A DNA stretch of 64,000 nucleotides, from contig CAZZCV010000006.1 of NCBI GenBank assembly GCA_964653225.1, forward strand, positions 35,805 to 99,804. The letters are read 5' to 3'. This stretch comes from an uncultured Rhodoplanes sp. GTDB taxonomy: Bacteria; Pseudomonadota; Alphaproteobacteria; Rhizobiales; Xanthobacteraceae. Positions 9,371 through 18,997 of the stretch are shown piece after piece. The translations under genes were made by a program, and so were the position numbers. Each line of letters begins with the position of its first letter. Positions within the stretch are counted from its first letter, which is position 1. The notes under the pieces were generated by a model. It was not told the DNA's origin. It saw only the letters and a list, made by a program, of their open reading frames with translations, and searched no databases.

Positions 9371-10447
9371 TCAGAGACCCTTGTCCCAGTCGCGAGCGGG
9401 CTTGGCGCCGGCCGCACGCATGGCGTCCATATACTGCTGCATGATCTGCTTGCCGGGAACGCCGCGCTTCTCGGCCGCCTCGGCCCAGTTCTTGGCGAGA
9501 TGCGGCATGGCCGCGGCCCAGCGCTTGCGCTCGTCCTCGGGCAGGGTCGAGATCCGGGCGCCCTCCTTCTTCATGCGCTCCAGCCCCGTCTTCTCGCGCT
9601 GCTGCACCACCTCGATGTTGGTGGCCGCGTACTTCTGCGCGATCGGCAGCAGGGTGTCGCGCACCTCCTGCGGCAGGCTCTCCCACTTCTTCTTGTTGGC
9701 GGCGAAGGCGCCGAAGGTCACGGCGCCCATGTTGACGTAGGTGACGTAGGGCGCGACCTCGTGGATCTTGATCGGCACCGCGCCCGAGGGGATCAGCACC
9801 ACGCCGTCGCCGACGCCGGTCTGCAGCATGTTGTAGAAGTTCGGGATGCCGGCGTTCACCGCCGTGGCGCCGAGGCCCTCCATCCATGCGCCGACCGCGC
9901 CGGCGGCGAGGATGCGCTTGCCCTTGAGGTCGGCCAGCGTCTTGACCGGGAACTTGGTGAAGAGCTGGTAGGAGTCGGAGGTGGTGGCCGAGAAGTAGAC
10001 GGCGTTCTGGCTCTCCCACTCCTTCTTGAAGTGCTCGCTCTTGGCCATCAGCTCGTCCATCACCTTGACCGCGATCTTGGGATCGTCGGTGACGAAGGGG
10101 GTGGCGAACATGATGTTCTGGAGCGGCATCTTGGCCGGCTCCCAGAGCGTGCCGACCCAGCCGAAGTCGGCGATGCCCTGCTCGATCGCCTCGATCGTGT
10201 TTTCGAAGTTGTAGAGCACGCCGCCGTAGGCTTCGTTCCACTCGATGCGGTACTTGGAGCCCTTGGCCTCCAGCGCCTTGTTGGTCTGCTGGACCACGGT
10301 GGTGCGCATCGCCAGCACCCACGGGATCACCGGCGGATGGCTCGAACCGATGGTGAGCCGGATCGTCTCCGTCTTCTGCTGCGCAGCCGCCGGTCCTGCC
10401 AGCGTCAGCGCCGCGGCGGCGGCCAGCATCAAGGCTCCGAACTTCAT
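9371..10447 (-). CDS. TRAP transporter substrate-binding protein (DctP family)
   Basis: Signal peptide; PVKTLADLKGKRI, YNMLQTGVGDG, NKKKWESLPQEVR motifs. Confidence 0.92.
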   Translation of the reverse strand: MKFGALMLAAAAALTLAGPAAAQQKTETIRLTIGSSHPPVIPWVLAMRTTVVQQTNKALEAKGSKYRIEWNEAYGGVLYNFENTIEAIEQGIADFGWVGTLWEPAKMPLQNIMFATPFVTDDPKIAVKVMDELMAKSEHFKKEWESQNAVYFSATTSDSYQLFTKFPVKTLADLKGKRILAAGAVGAWMEGLGATAVNAGIPNFYNMLQTGVGDGVVLIPSGAVPIKIHEVAPYVTYVNMGAVTFGAFAANKKKWESLPQEVRDTLLPIAQKYAATNIEVVQQREKTGLERMKKEGARISTLPEDERKRWAAAMPHLAKNWAEAAEKRGVPGKQIMQQYMDAMRAAGAKPARDWDKGL

Positions 10448-10702
10448 TCATTCCTCCCGGTTGCACACATGTCACCGGGCCTCGCGGAGGCCCGGAACCT
10501 GGGCGGAGGTTATTGCATCCGCGCGCCACGTGCGAGAGTGTCGGAGCACAAAATGCACGGAGAACGCGCGGACGGCGGCGGCTTCACGGGAGGAAGCGCG
10601 CCGCTGCATCAACAAGTCGCAGCGGACGGGCGAAGCGCCTGCGACATTCCCTGCGAAACCGCGCCGGTCTATGGTGCCGGCCGGACGATCGGGAGGAATG
10701 CG

Positions 10703-11209
10703 GTGCTGCACAGGCTCACCCGCCAATGGACGGACCGGCGCACGCTGCGCAGCGGCCAGCCTGCCGCGGCGCGGCAGGCTGGCGCGATCCCCTATACGAT
10801 GGTGAAGGGCCAGCCTGCGTTCCTGCTCGTCACCTCGCGCGGCACCGGGCGCTGGATCTATCCGAAGGGCGCACCCATCGAGGGCCTGGAACCCTGGCAG
10901 GTCGCGGCCCGCGAGGCCTACGAGGAGGCCGGCATCGAGGGCGAGGTCGAGACCCGCCCCATCGGCTCCTACCGCACGGTCAAGCGCTCAGGCCTCACCC
11001 GCTCGGTGATCGAGGTCGATCTCTATCCACTGCGGATGGTGCGCCAGCTCGACGACTGGCCGGAGAAGGGCCAGCGCCACCGCCATTGGGTGATCCTGCC
11101 GGACGCCCGACGGCTGCTGTCCGATCCCGGACTCGTCGAGGCGACCGCGATCCTGGCGCGGCGGCTGGCCGGTCCGCGTCAGGCCGAAGCCGCAGCCATC
11201 ACCAGATAG
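10703..11209 (+). CDS. NUDIX hydrolase (DIPP/NUDT3-like)
   Basis: LLVTSRGTGRWIYPKG plus Nudix box AAREAYEEAGIEG and WPE motif; GTG start at 10703 after GGAGG. Confidence 0.85.
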   Translation: MLHRLTRQWTDRRTLRSGQPAAARQAGAIPYTMVKGQPAFLLVTSRGTGRWIYPKGAPIEGLEPWQVAAREAYEEAGIEGEVETRPIGSYRTVKRSGLTRSVIEVDLYPLRMVRQLDDWPEKGQRHRHWVILPDARRLLSDPGLVEATAILARRLAGPRQAEAAAITR

Positions 11210-12678
11210 ATGACGGCGGCGAGCAGCGCCGCGGCCGGCACCGTGACCACCCAGGCGGCCGCGATGCCGAGCACGTGCCGGCGGCGCACCAGCCTGCGGC
11301 GCTCGCGCTTCTGGTGATTGGCCAGCGCCTGCTCCGGCGTGCGGTTGAGACTCGACGGCTCCAGGAACAGCGAGCGCGGCCGCACCGCCGGGTTGGGCAC
11401 GCCCTTGTTGGTCAGGTATTCGCGCAGGAAGCCGACGCCGAAGACCCCGCCGATGGCGATATGCGTCGAGGACACCGGCAGGCCGAGCGCGGACGCCACC
11501 AGCACGGTCACCCCCGCGGACAGCGCCACGCAATAGGCGCGGATCGGGTCCATCTTGGTGATGCTCTCGCCCACCGTTCGGATCAGCCGCGGGCCGAACA
11601 GCGCAAGCCCGAGCGCGATGCCGGCGGCGCCGATGCCCAGCACCCAGAACGGCAGCTCGGCGCCGGCTGTGCCCCCCGCGCCCGGCTGCGCCGCGCTGAC
11701 GATCGCCGCGAGCGGCCCCACCGCGTTGGACACGTCGTTGGCCCCGTGCGCGAACGACAGGAGCGCGGCGGCGAAGATCAGCGGCAGCTTGAACAGGCTC
11801 GCGACCTGCCTGCGGCGGTTCTCCATGTGGCGCGCGCGACCGCGCACCCATACGCGCGCGCTCAGGAGGCCGAGCGCGAAGAACGCCGCGCCGATCAGCA
11901 GCACGATCTCCGTGCCGGGCGACCAGACCCGGCTCAGGCCCTTGGTCGCCAGATACATGGAAAACACGCCGAGCATGAACGCCACCAGCAACGGCACCCA
12001 GCGCCGCGCCGCGGCCACCCGGTCGGCGCGGAACAGGATCGCGGCCTTCACGAAGCCCAGCAGCGCCGCTGCGATCAGACCGCCCAGCAGCGGCGAGATC
12101 ACCCAGCTCGCGGCGATCACGCCGACCATCGGCCAGGCAACCACGGAAACGCCGGCCGCGGCCGCTCCCGCCCCCACCACGCCGCCGATCACCGCATGGG
12201 TGGTGGAGACCGGCGCATGCAGGATGGTGGCGAGATGCACCCAGAGGGCCGCGGCGAGCAGCGCCGCGATCATCACCAGGATGAACGGCCAGGTCTTCAT
12301 CTCCTCCGAATGCAGGATGTCGCGCGCCACCGTGGCCGTGACGTCGCCGCCGGCCAGGATCGCGCCCGCCGCCTCGCACACCGCGGCGATGGCGAGCGCG
12401 CCGGTCATGGTCAGCGCGCGGCTGCCAACCGCGGGACCCATGTTGTTGGCGACGTCGTTGGCGCCGACGTTGAGCGCCATATAGGCCGCCACCACCGCGG
12501 CCAGCACCACGAAGACGTTGAGCGGCCCCGTGCCCAGCGACAGGCTCGCGACCGCGATCGTGCCGAGCAGGAACACGGTCAGCAGGCCCGGAGTCGCCAG
12601 CGACTGAGCCAGCGACTGCGTCGCGGTCTCGATCCGGACGACCTTCTTCAGATCCTTGTCGAGCGTGCTTTTCGCCAC
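11179..12678 (-). CDS. Inorganic phosphate transporter (PiT family)
   Basis: Both PiT signatures, GANDVANNMG and HGANDVSNAVGP, plus PVSTTH/PVSSTH; GTG start 12678. Confidence 0.93.
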   Translation of the reverse strand: MAKSTLDKDLKKVVRIETATQSLAQSLATPGLLTVFLLGTIAVASLSLGTGPLNVFVVLAAVVAAYMALNVGANDVANNMGPAVGSRALTMTGALAIAAVCEAAGAILAGGDVTATVARDILHSEEMKTWPFILVMIAALLAAALWVHLATILHAPVSTTHAVIGGVVGAGAAAAGVSVVAWPMVGVIAASWVISPLLGGLIAAALLGFVKAAILFRADRVAAARRWVPLLVAFMLGVFSMYLATKGLSRVWSPGTEIVLLIGAAFFALGLLSARVWVRGRARHMENRRRQVASLFKLPLIFAAALLSFAHGANDVSNAVGPLAAIVSAAQPGAGGTAGAELPFWVLGIGAAGIALGLALFGPRLIRTVGESITKMDPIRAYCVALSAGVTVLVASALGLPVSSTHIAIGGVFGVGFLREYLTNKGVPNPAVRPRSLFLEPSSLNRTPEQALANHQKRERRRLVRRRHVLGIAAAWVVTVPAAALLAAVIYLVMAAASA

Positions 12679-12792
12679 CGGGCCCCGGCCAGAATTCTTG
12701 CGCCGGCGGGGATTAGCACCGGGCCCGCGGAAAATCTCCCGGCAGGCTCCCGCCATGCACCGAAAGATTCAGGCTGCGGCACGGAGCCGCCC

Positions 12793-14451
12793 CTAAGCCT
12801 CCGGTCCGGGCGCGGGCGGCTCGCGCGTGCTGCCGCTGCGCAGCGGCCGCTCCTCCATCAGCAGCAGGAACACGAGGCTGATCGCCAGGAACACCCAGGC
12901 CGAGAAGAACACCCAGCCGAACACCTGCGAGACCTTCTCGCCCAGCCCGCCGACCCTGTGCGCCAGCGCCGAGATGTCGCCTGTGGCCACGTCGCCGCCG
13001 ACGGCCGAGCCGAAGCCCGCGAGCAGGATCGCCCCCATCGCCGCCACCACGAAGGCGGAGGCGAGCGAGCGGAAGAAGTTGAGCGCACCCATCGCGATGC
13101 CGACCTGATAGTGCGGCACCGCGTTCTGGATCGACACCGTCGTCACCGGATAGACCGTGCCGATCGCGGTCCCGACCACGCACATCAGCGGGATCGCGTA
13201 GGACAGCGGCATCGCCGGCCAGAAGGCCAGCACCGCCTGCGCCACCAGCGCCAGCAGCAGCCCGGACACCGGCGCCCACTTGTATCGCCTGAAATAGAGC
13301 ATCACCTGGCCGGAGAGGATCGAGCCCGGCGTGGTCAGCGCGATCGGAATCAGCGCCAGCCCGGACTGCGTGGCCGTGAGGTCGTGCATGATCTCGAAAT
13401 AGAGCGGCACATAGATCGTCAGCCCGATCGAGGTGCCCATCGCGAACGATGCCGAGGCCGTGCCCATGCGCATCACCGGATTGCCGAGCACGGTGAGCGG
13501 CAGGAACGGCTCGGGCGCGCGCACCAGCCGCCACGAGAACAGGAGCGACAGCAGCAGGCTCGCCCCCACCAGCGTCAGGATCTCCGGCGACAGCCAGGGA
13601 TGGCGCGTGCCGCCCCAGGTCAGCGCCAGAAGGATCAGCACCGCCGAGCCCATCATCAGCACCGCGCCGAGCACGTCGAGCCGGTGCTTGCGCTCGTTGC
13701 GCGGAATGATCGCCAGGTTGCGCCAGGTCAGGAACGCGGCGAGCAATCCCAGCGGCACGTTCAGCCAGAAGATCGCGGTCCAGTGGAAGTGCTCGGCGAG
13801 CGCGCCGCCCAGCACCGGCCCGCCGACGCCGGACGTGACCCACACCACGCCCATGTAGGCCTGGTAGCGACCGCGCTCGCGCGGGCTCACCATGTCGGCG
13901 ATCACCGACTGCGCGAGTGGCAGGATGCCGCCGCCGCCGATGCCCTGCAGGCCGCGCCCAAGGATCAGCACGGTCATGTCGGGCGCGACCGCGCACAGCA
14001 CCGACCCGGCCAGAAACAGCCCGATCGCGGTCAGCATCATCGCGCGGCGGCCGTGGATGTCGGACAGCTTGCCGTAGAGCGGCGCGACCGCCGTGGAGGT
14101 CAGCAGGTAGGCCGTGACCACCCACGACAGGCTCTCGAAATCGGAGAAGTGCCGGCCGATGGTCGGCATGGCGGTCGCCACGATGGTCTGGTTCAGCGCC
14201 GCAAGGAACGTGGCCAGCATCACCCCGAAGAAGATGGTGCGGATCTCGGCGTGACTGAGCGCGCGCGGCGGGGGCGGCGGCGCCGAGGCCGCGTGCGCCT
14301 CGATCGCATGCCGGTCGTCGTCGGCGCCGTCGGCAGGCTGCGGCCCGGTGCGGTCCGCGCCGGCCCCGTCCGCCCGGGCTTTCCCCGGAGCCGGCCCGTT
14401 CGGATCTGATTTTTCGGGATCGGGAGGCGTGGCCCCGCTGGGTGCGCTCAT
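12793..14451 (-). CDS. DHA2/MDR family MFS efflux transporter (EmrB/QacA-like)
   Basis: LNQTIVATAMPTI, WVVTAYLL, YGKLSDIHGRR, GRGLQGIGGGG, GPVLGG...W..IFWLNVP. Confidence 0.92.
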   Translation of the reverse strand: MSAPSGATPPDPEKSDPNGPAPGKARADGAGADRTGPQPADGADDDRHAIEAHAASAPPPPPRALSHAEIRTIFFGVMLATFLAALNQTIVATAMPTIGRHFSDFESLSWVVTAYLLTSTAVAPLYGKLSDIHGRRAMMLTAIGLFLAGSVLCAVAPDMTVLILGRGLQGIGGGGILPLAQSVIADMVSPRERGRYQAYMGVVWVTSGVGGPVLGGALAEHFHWTAIFWLNVPLGLLAAFLTWRNLAIIPRNERKHRLDVLGAVLMMGSAVLILLALTWGGTRHPWLSPEILTLVGASLLLSLLFSWRLVRAPEPFLPLTVLGNPVMRMGTASASFAMGTSIGLTIYVPLYFEIMHDLTATQSGLALIPIALTTPGSILSGQVMLYFRRYKWAPVSGLLLALVAQAVLAFWPAMPLSYAIPLMCVVGTAIGTVYPVTTVSIQNAVPHYQVGIAMGALNFFRSLASAFVVAAMGAILLAGFGSAVGGDVATGDISALAHRVGGLGEKVSQVFGWVFFSAWVFLAISLVFLLLMEERPLRSGSTREPPAPGPEA

Positions 14452-14581
14452 GCGTGGTCGTTTCGATCATCCTCCGGCGCGGCACATTCGCGCCGGGAGA
14501 GGCGGAATTCAACTGCCGCCGCCGCGGGACAGCCATGAAGAACGGCCCGTTTCAGGAACCGGAAGGCGGAACGAATCAGGC

Positions 14582-15187
14582 TCACCCGCCGCGGCGCGGC
14601 GGCTTGCGCCGTGCGCTCCCTTCACCGGGGGCGAACGGCTTCCGCCGCGCGTTCTCTTCACCGGGGGCGAGCGGCTTCCGCCGCGCGCTCTCTTCGCCGG
14701 GGACGAGCGGCTTCCGCCGCGCGCCCTTGGGCCACCGCAGCGGCCACTCCACGATGTATTTCTCCAGGTCGTCGTCCGGCACGTCCTTCTCGCTCGCCGC
14801 GACCCGGCCCTTCACCGATATGCCCGCGGCGTGCACGGTCTCGGGGTCGCCCGACACCAGCGGGTGCCACCAGTAGAGGTCCTTGCCTTCGGCCACCAGG
14901 CGGTAGCCGCAGGTCGGCGGCAGCCAGTGCAGCCGGCGCACGTTGCGCGAGGTGAGCTGCACGCAGTCCTTCACCTGCGCCTGCCGGTTCTCGTAGTCGC
15001 AGCAGCGGCCGGTCGCGCCGTCGAGCAGCACGCAGCCGACGCTGGTGTAGTAGGTGATCTTCGGGTCGTCCTCCTCCTGCAGCTTGTTCAGGCAGCACTT
15101 GCCGCAGCCGTCGCAGAGGCTCTCCCACTCCTCGCGGGTCATGTCCTTCATGGCCTTGCGCCGCCAGAAGGGGATGTCTTCGGTCAT
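14582..15187 (-). CDS. YcgN (UPF0260) cysteine-cluster protein with repetitive basic C-terminal tail
   Basis: [41 protein letters not shown]; start ATG 15187. Confidence 0.9.
   Translation of the reverse strand: MTEDIPFWRRKAMKDMTREEWESLCDGCGKCCLNKLQEEDDPKITYYTSVGCVLLDGATGRCCDYENRQAQVKDCVQLTSRNVRRLHWLPPTCGYRLVAEGKDLYWWHPLVSGDPETVHAAGISVKGRVAASEKDVPDDDLEKYIVEWPLRWPKGARRKPLVPGEESARRKPLAPGEENARRKPFAPGEGSARRKPPRRGG
14600..14724. repeat. 36-bp tandem repeat, about 3.5 copies, in the 3' end of ycgN
   Basis: Unit CGGCTT(C/G)CGCCG(C/T)GCG(C/T)TC(T/C)CTTC(A/G)CCGGGG(G/A)CGA(G/A), encoding ARRKPxxPGExx. Confidence 0.9.
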
Positions 15188-15517
15188 CGGGGCTCCGGTG
15201 CGCCTGAGGTGCCGCCCTGGTGTTAGCCGGTCAGGCCGGGGTGGCTCCATCTGGAACCGCATCCGGGCACAATTATCCGGATATCCAGGCTCCGTCGCCC
15301 CTGGCCCCCTCGAAAATGGGGCCCGTATCCCCCATTTTCCATTCACCCTGCGTTCATCCGGGCATGGCTCCCTGCCGCGGGATCGGCTAGAAATCCCCGA
15401 TCGACGAAGACTCGGGCTTGGCCGGCACGCGGGGGAGCCGGCCCGGGGTTTCGTCCGCCCGTGCGAGGTGGCGGAAAACCGAGCATAGAGAATGGCTTAG
15501 TCGCAAGAGAGGCCTCT

Positions 15518-17788
15518 TTGCGCGACCTCTATCCCGATCCGAAGGCGGTCTGGAAGGCCCGGTTCGGCCGCTGGCTTCTGGCCGTCGACTCCTGGATCGA
15601 CACCACCCTGTTCAACGTCGGGCGCTGGGCGCGCGAGCTGTTCGAGCGGTTCTCGGAGTTCATGGACCGCTTCCACGTCTCGGGCTGGCGGCGCTGGGCG
15701 CTGGTCGAGCCGCTGTCCGAGGGCGCCACCATGGGCGCCGGCGGCCTGGTCGTCATGCTGGCACTCGCGCTCCCCGCATTCCGCGAGACCGCGGACGACG
15801 ACTGGCTGAAGAAGTCGGAGCTGGCCGTCACCTTCCTCGACCGCTACGGCAACGAGGTCGGCAGCCGCGGCATCAAGCACAACGACTCGATCCCGCTCGA
15901 GGACTTCCCCGACCACCTGATCAAGGCCACGCTCGCCACCGAGGACCGCCGCTTCTACGAGCACTTCGGCATCGACGTGGGCGGCACGTTCCGCGCGCTG
16001 CTGGTCAACGCGCGCGCCGGAGGCGTGGTGCAGGGCGGCTCGTCGCTGTCGCAGCAGCTCGCCAAGAACCTGTTCCTCACCAACGAGCGCTCGATCGAGC
16101 GCAAGGTGAAGGAGGCGTTCCTGGCGATCTGGCTGGAGACGAGGCTCACCAAGAACGAGATCCTCAAGCTCTACCTCGACCGCGCCTATCTCGGCGGCGG
16201 CGCGTTCGGCGTGGACGCGGCCGCGCAGTTCTACTTCAACAAGTCGGCGAAGGACGTGACGCTCGCGGAGGCCGCGATGCTGGCCGGGCTGTTCAAGGCA
16301 CCCGCCAAGTTCGCGCCGCACATCAACCTGCCGGCGGCGCGCGGCCGCGCCAACGTGGTGCTCGACAACCTGGTCGAGGCCGGCTTCATGACCGAAGGCC
16401 AGGTGTTCGGCGCACGGCGCAATCCCGCGACCGCGATGGACCGTCGCGACGAGCGCTCGCCCAACTATTACCTCGACTGGGCCTTCGAGGAGATGAAGCG
16501 TCTCGTCGGCACCATGCCGAAGACGATGACGGAGCGTACCTTCCTGGTGCGCACCGCGCTCGACATGGGCCTGCAGAACGCGGCCGAGTCGGCGGTGGAG
16601 AATTCGCTGCGCCAGTACGGCCGCGACTACAACGCGCGGCAGGCCGCGGTGGTGGTGTCGGACCTCGAGGGTGCGGTGCGCGCGATGGTCGGCGGCCGCG
16701 ACTACGGCGCGAGCCAGTTCAACCGCGCGGTCGACGCGCTGCGCCAGCCCGGCTCCTCGTTCAAGCCCTACGTCTACGCCACCGCGCTGATGAACGGCTT
16801 CAACCCGAAGACCACCGTGGTCGACGCGCCGATCTGCCTCGGCAACTGGTGCCCGCAGAACTACGGCCGTTCGTTCTCGGGCTCGGTGTCGCTGATGACC
16901 GCCATCACCAAGTCGATCAACACCATCCCGGTGCGCCTCTCGCTCGCCATCGGCAAGGGCAACGCCCGCACCGGCCGCAACGCGATCGTCAAGACCGCGC
17001 GCGACTTCGGCCTGCGTTCGCCGCTGACCGACACGCCGTCGCTGCCGATCGGCGCGGCCGAGGTCAACGTGCTGGAGCACACGGTCGCGTTCGCGACGTT
17101 CCCGAACGAGGGCAAGGCGGTGGTGCCGCACGCGATCCTGGAGGTGCGCACCGGCGGGGGCGAGGTGGTCTGGCGCTTCGACCGCGACGGCAGGAAGCCG
17201 CGCCAGGTGATCCCGCGCCAGGTGGCGCGCGACATGAACATGATGCTGCACTCCGCCGCCGAGATGGGCACCGGCCGCCGGGCCATGCTCAACGGCGTCC
17301 GCATCGCCGGCAAGACCGGCACCACCAACGCGCACCGCGACGCCTGGTTCGTCGCCTACACCGGCAACTACGTCGCCGGCATCTGGTTCGGCAACGACGA
17401 CTACCAGTCGATGCAGCGCATGACCGGCGGCGCGCTGCCGGCGATGACCTGGCAGGCGATCATGACCTACGCGCACCAGGGGATCGAGCTGAAGGACATT
17501 CCCGGCGCGCCGGCCAATCCGCCGCCGACCGACAAGCCGCAGCTCGGCGCGGTCGCGGTCGCCGCCAACAAGGAGGCCGGCCCGCGTCCCACCGTGCTGT
17601 CGCGCCGCGGCGCCGACGCGCTGATCCGCATCGAGCGGCTCATGGACGAAGCCGCCAGCGCGCTCGCCGTGGCGGGCGGCCCCGCCGCTCCCGCCGGCCG
17701 CCAGAGCGCCCTGCCCGTGCAAGTGCAAGGACGCGGCGCTTTCGCCTCGGCGGGCGGCGCCGACACGACCGGAGCGCGCGGCCGCTGA
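15518..17788 (+). CDS. Class A penicillin-binding protein (PBP1A family, transglycosylase/transpeptidase)
   Basis: EDRRFYEHFGID, QGGSSLSQQLAKNLFL, RKVKEA, QPGSSFKP (SxxK), SIN, AGKTGT; probable TTG start 15518. Confidence 0.93.
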   Translation: MRDLYPDPKAVWKARFGRWLLAVDSWIDTTLFNVGRWARELFERFSEFMDRFHVSGWRRWALVEPLSEGATMGAGGLVVMLALALPAFRETADDDWLKKSELAVTFLDRYGNEVGSRGIKHNDSIPLEDFPDHLIKATLATEDRRFYEHFGIDVGGTFRALLVNARAGGVVQGGSSLSQQLAKNLFLTNERSIERKVKEAFLAIWLETRLTKNEILKLYLDRAYLGGGAFGVDAAAQFYFNKSAKDVTLAEAAMLAGLFKAPAKFAPHINLPAARGRANVVLDNLVEAGFMTEGQVFGARRNPATAMDRRDERSPNYYLDWAFEEMKRLVGTMPKTMTERTFLVRTALDMGLQNAAESAVENSLRQYGRDYNARQAAVVVSDLEGAVRAMVGGRDYGASQFNRAVDALRQPGSSFKPYVYATALMNGFNPKTTVVDAPICLGNWCPQNYGRSFSGSVSLMTAITKSINTIPVRLSLAIGKGNARTGRNAIVKTARDFGLRSPLTDTPSLPIGAAEVNVLEHTVAFATFPNEGKAVVPHAILEVRTGGGEVVWRFDRDGRKPRQVIPRQVARDMNMMLHSAAEMGTGRRAMLNGVRIAGKTGTTNAHRDAWFVAYTGNYVAGIWFGNDDYQSMQRMTGGALPAMTWQAIMTYAHQGIELKDIPGAPANPPPTDKPQLGAVAVAANKEAGPRPTVLSRRGADALIRIERLMDEAASALAVAGGPAAPAGRQSALPVQVQGRGAFASAGGADTTGARGR

Positions 17789-17828
17789 ACCGGCCCACCC
17801 TCGAACGATCTCTTGATTTGGGCCGACC

Positions 17829-18407
17829 GTGCGACTGCTTCTCGGAATCCTCGTCATGTTCATGGTCGCCGCCGCGGTCGGCCTCGGCGGCACCTTCCTG
17901 GCGCTGAGCCGCGGCACCGCGTTCGGCGCGGTGGACCTCGGCGCATGGACCGCCTGGCCACGCACCGGCACCGCCGACATCGACCCCTATGCGCGCGCGG
18001 CGCTCGCGCGCAGCGGCGAACTGCCGGTCGGCTCGGGAGACGGCGTGGCGTTTGTCGCCAGGGCCGACGACGAAGGCCGGCCGCTCGACGGACGCTGCGA
18101 CGTGGCGCTGAGCGGCGTCACCCCGCAGGCCCGCTTCTGGACGCTCACGCTGTACGACCCGCAGGGCCAGCTCGTCGCCAATGCGCTCGACCGCCAGGGC
18201 TTCACCAGCCAGGAGATCGCGCGCCGCTCCGACGGCAGCTTCGAAATCGCGGTCGCGCCGCGCGCGCGCGCCGGCAACTGGCTGCCCACCGGCGGCCTCG
18301 ACCGCTACATCCTCGTGCTGCGGCTCTACGATACGCCGGTCGGCGTCGCCACCCGCGCCGCACGCGAGGCCCCCATGCCGGCGATCAGCGTGAGGGCCTG
18401 CCCATGA
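17829..18407 (+). CDS. DUF1214 domain membrane-anchored protein
   Basis: N-terminal TM; DDEGRPLDGRC, ARFWTLTLYD, GNWLPT, LVLRLY. Confidence 0.8.
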   Translation: MRLLLGILVMFMVAAAVGLGGTFLALSRGTAFGAVDLGAWTAWPRTGTADIDPYARAALARSGELPVGSGDGVAFVARADDEGRPLDGRCDVALSGVTPQARFWTLTLYDPQGQLVANALDRQGFTSQEIARRSDGSFEIAVAPRARAGNWLPTGGLDRYILVLRLYDTPVGVATRAAREAPMPAISVRACP

Positions 18408-18432
18408 TGCGTCATGTCACGGGACGGTCGCG

Positions 18433-18984
18433 ATGAGGTGGCTACTCTGGATCCTGGCCGGCGCGCTGCTCGGCGGCATCGTGCATCTGGTGACGATCCT
18501 GGTGCTGCCGCAGAACGCCACCCACGACGCCTATTCGCGTCTGGTTCCGCATGTTCCGGTCAACGGCTTCGCGGCGCTCGCGCCGGCCACGCCGCAAAGC
18601 TCGCCGCTGCCGTTCAGCGATCCGGCCTTCGCGGCGGCCGCCTGCCGCTACGACCTGCGCACGGGCCCGATCAAGCTCACCGCGCCGGTCAGCGCGGCCT
18701 ATACCTCAGTCACCTTCTACACCCGCCGCGGCATCGCCTATTACGCGATCAACGACCGCTCCGCCGGGCGGCGCGTCATCGAGCTGGAGCTGATGACCAA
18801 GGCCCAGCGGGCGCGCCTGCCGGACGACGAGGAGACCACCGCCGCCGACCGGCTGATCGTGGAATCGCCGACGCTCGACGGGCTGATCGTGGTGCGCACG
18901 CTGGCGCCCGAGGCCGGCCAGATGGCGCTGGCGCTTGCGGCCGCGGCCGCCGCGCGATGCGAGGTCGAGCCGCAGCAGCCGTGA
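18433..18984 (+). CDS. DUF1254 domain membrane-anchored protein
   Basis: N-terminal TM (GGIVHLVTILVLP), PFSDPAF...CRYDL..GP, YAINDR; usual partner downstream of DUF1214 in Rhizobiales. Confidence 0.7.
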   Translation: MRWLLWILAGALLGGIVHLVTILVLPQNATHDAYSRLVPHVPVNGFAALAPATPQSSPLPFSDPAFAAAACRYDLRTGPIKLTAPVSAAYTSVTFYTRRGIAYYAINDRSAGRRVIELELMTKAQRARLPDDEETTAADRLIVESPTLDGLIVVRTLAPEAGQMALALAAAAAARCEVEPQQP

Positions 18985-18997
18985 AACGGCGGAAGAT

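Noticed and set aside
10475-10525. Inverted repeat CCGGGCCTC-GCG-GAGGCCCGG and adjacent GGAAC-N16-GCAT
   Set aside because: GC-rich stems arise easily by chance here, and the -10 does not match the EcfG CGTT; not enough support.
10513-14409. 1298-aa plus-strand ORF
   Set aside because: Low-complexity R/A/G/H shadow ORF, antisense to the PiT and MFS genes and out of frame with the NUDIX; expected at this GC content.
14600-14724. CRISPR-like 36-bp repeats
   Set aside because: Units are directly adjacent with no spacers, lie in frame within a CDS, and no cas genes are present.
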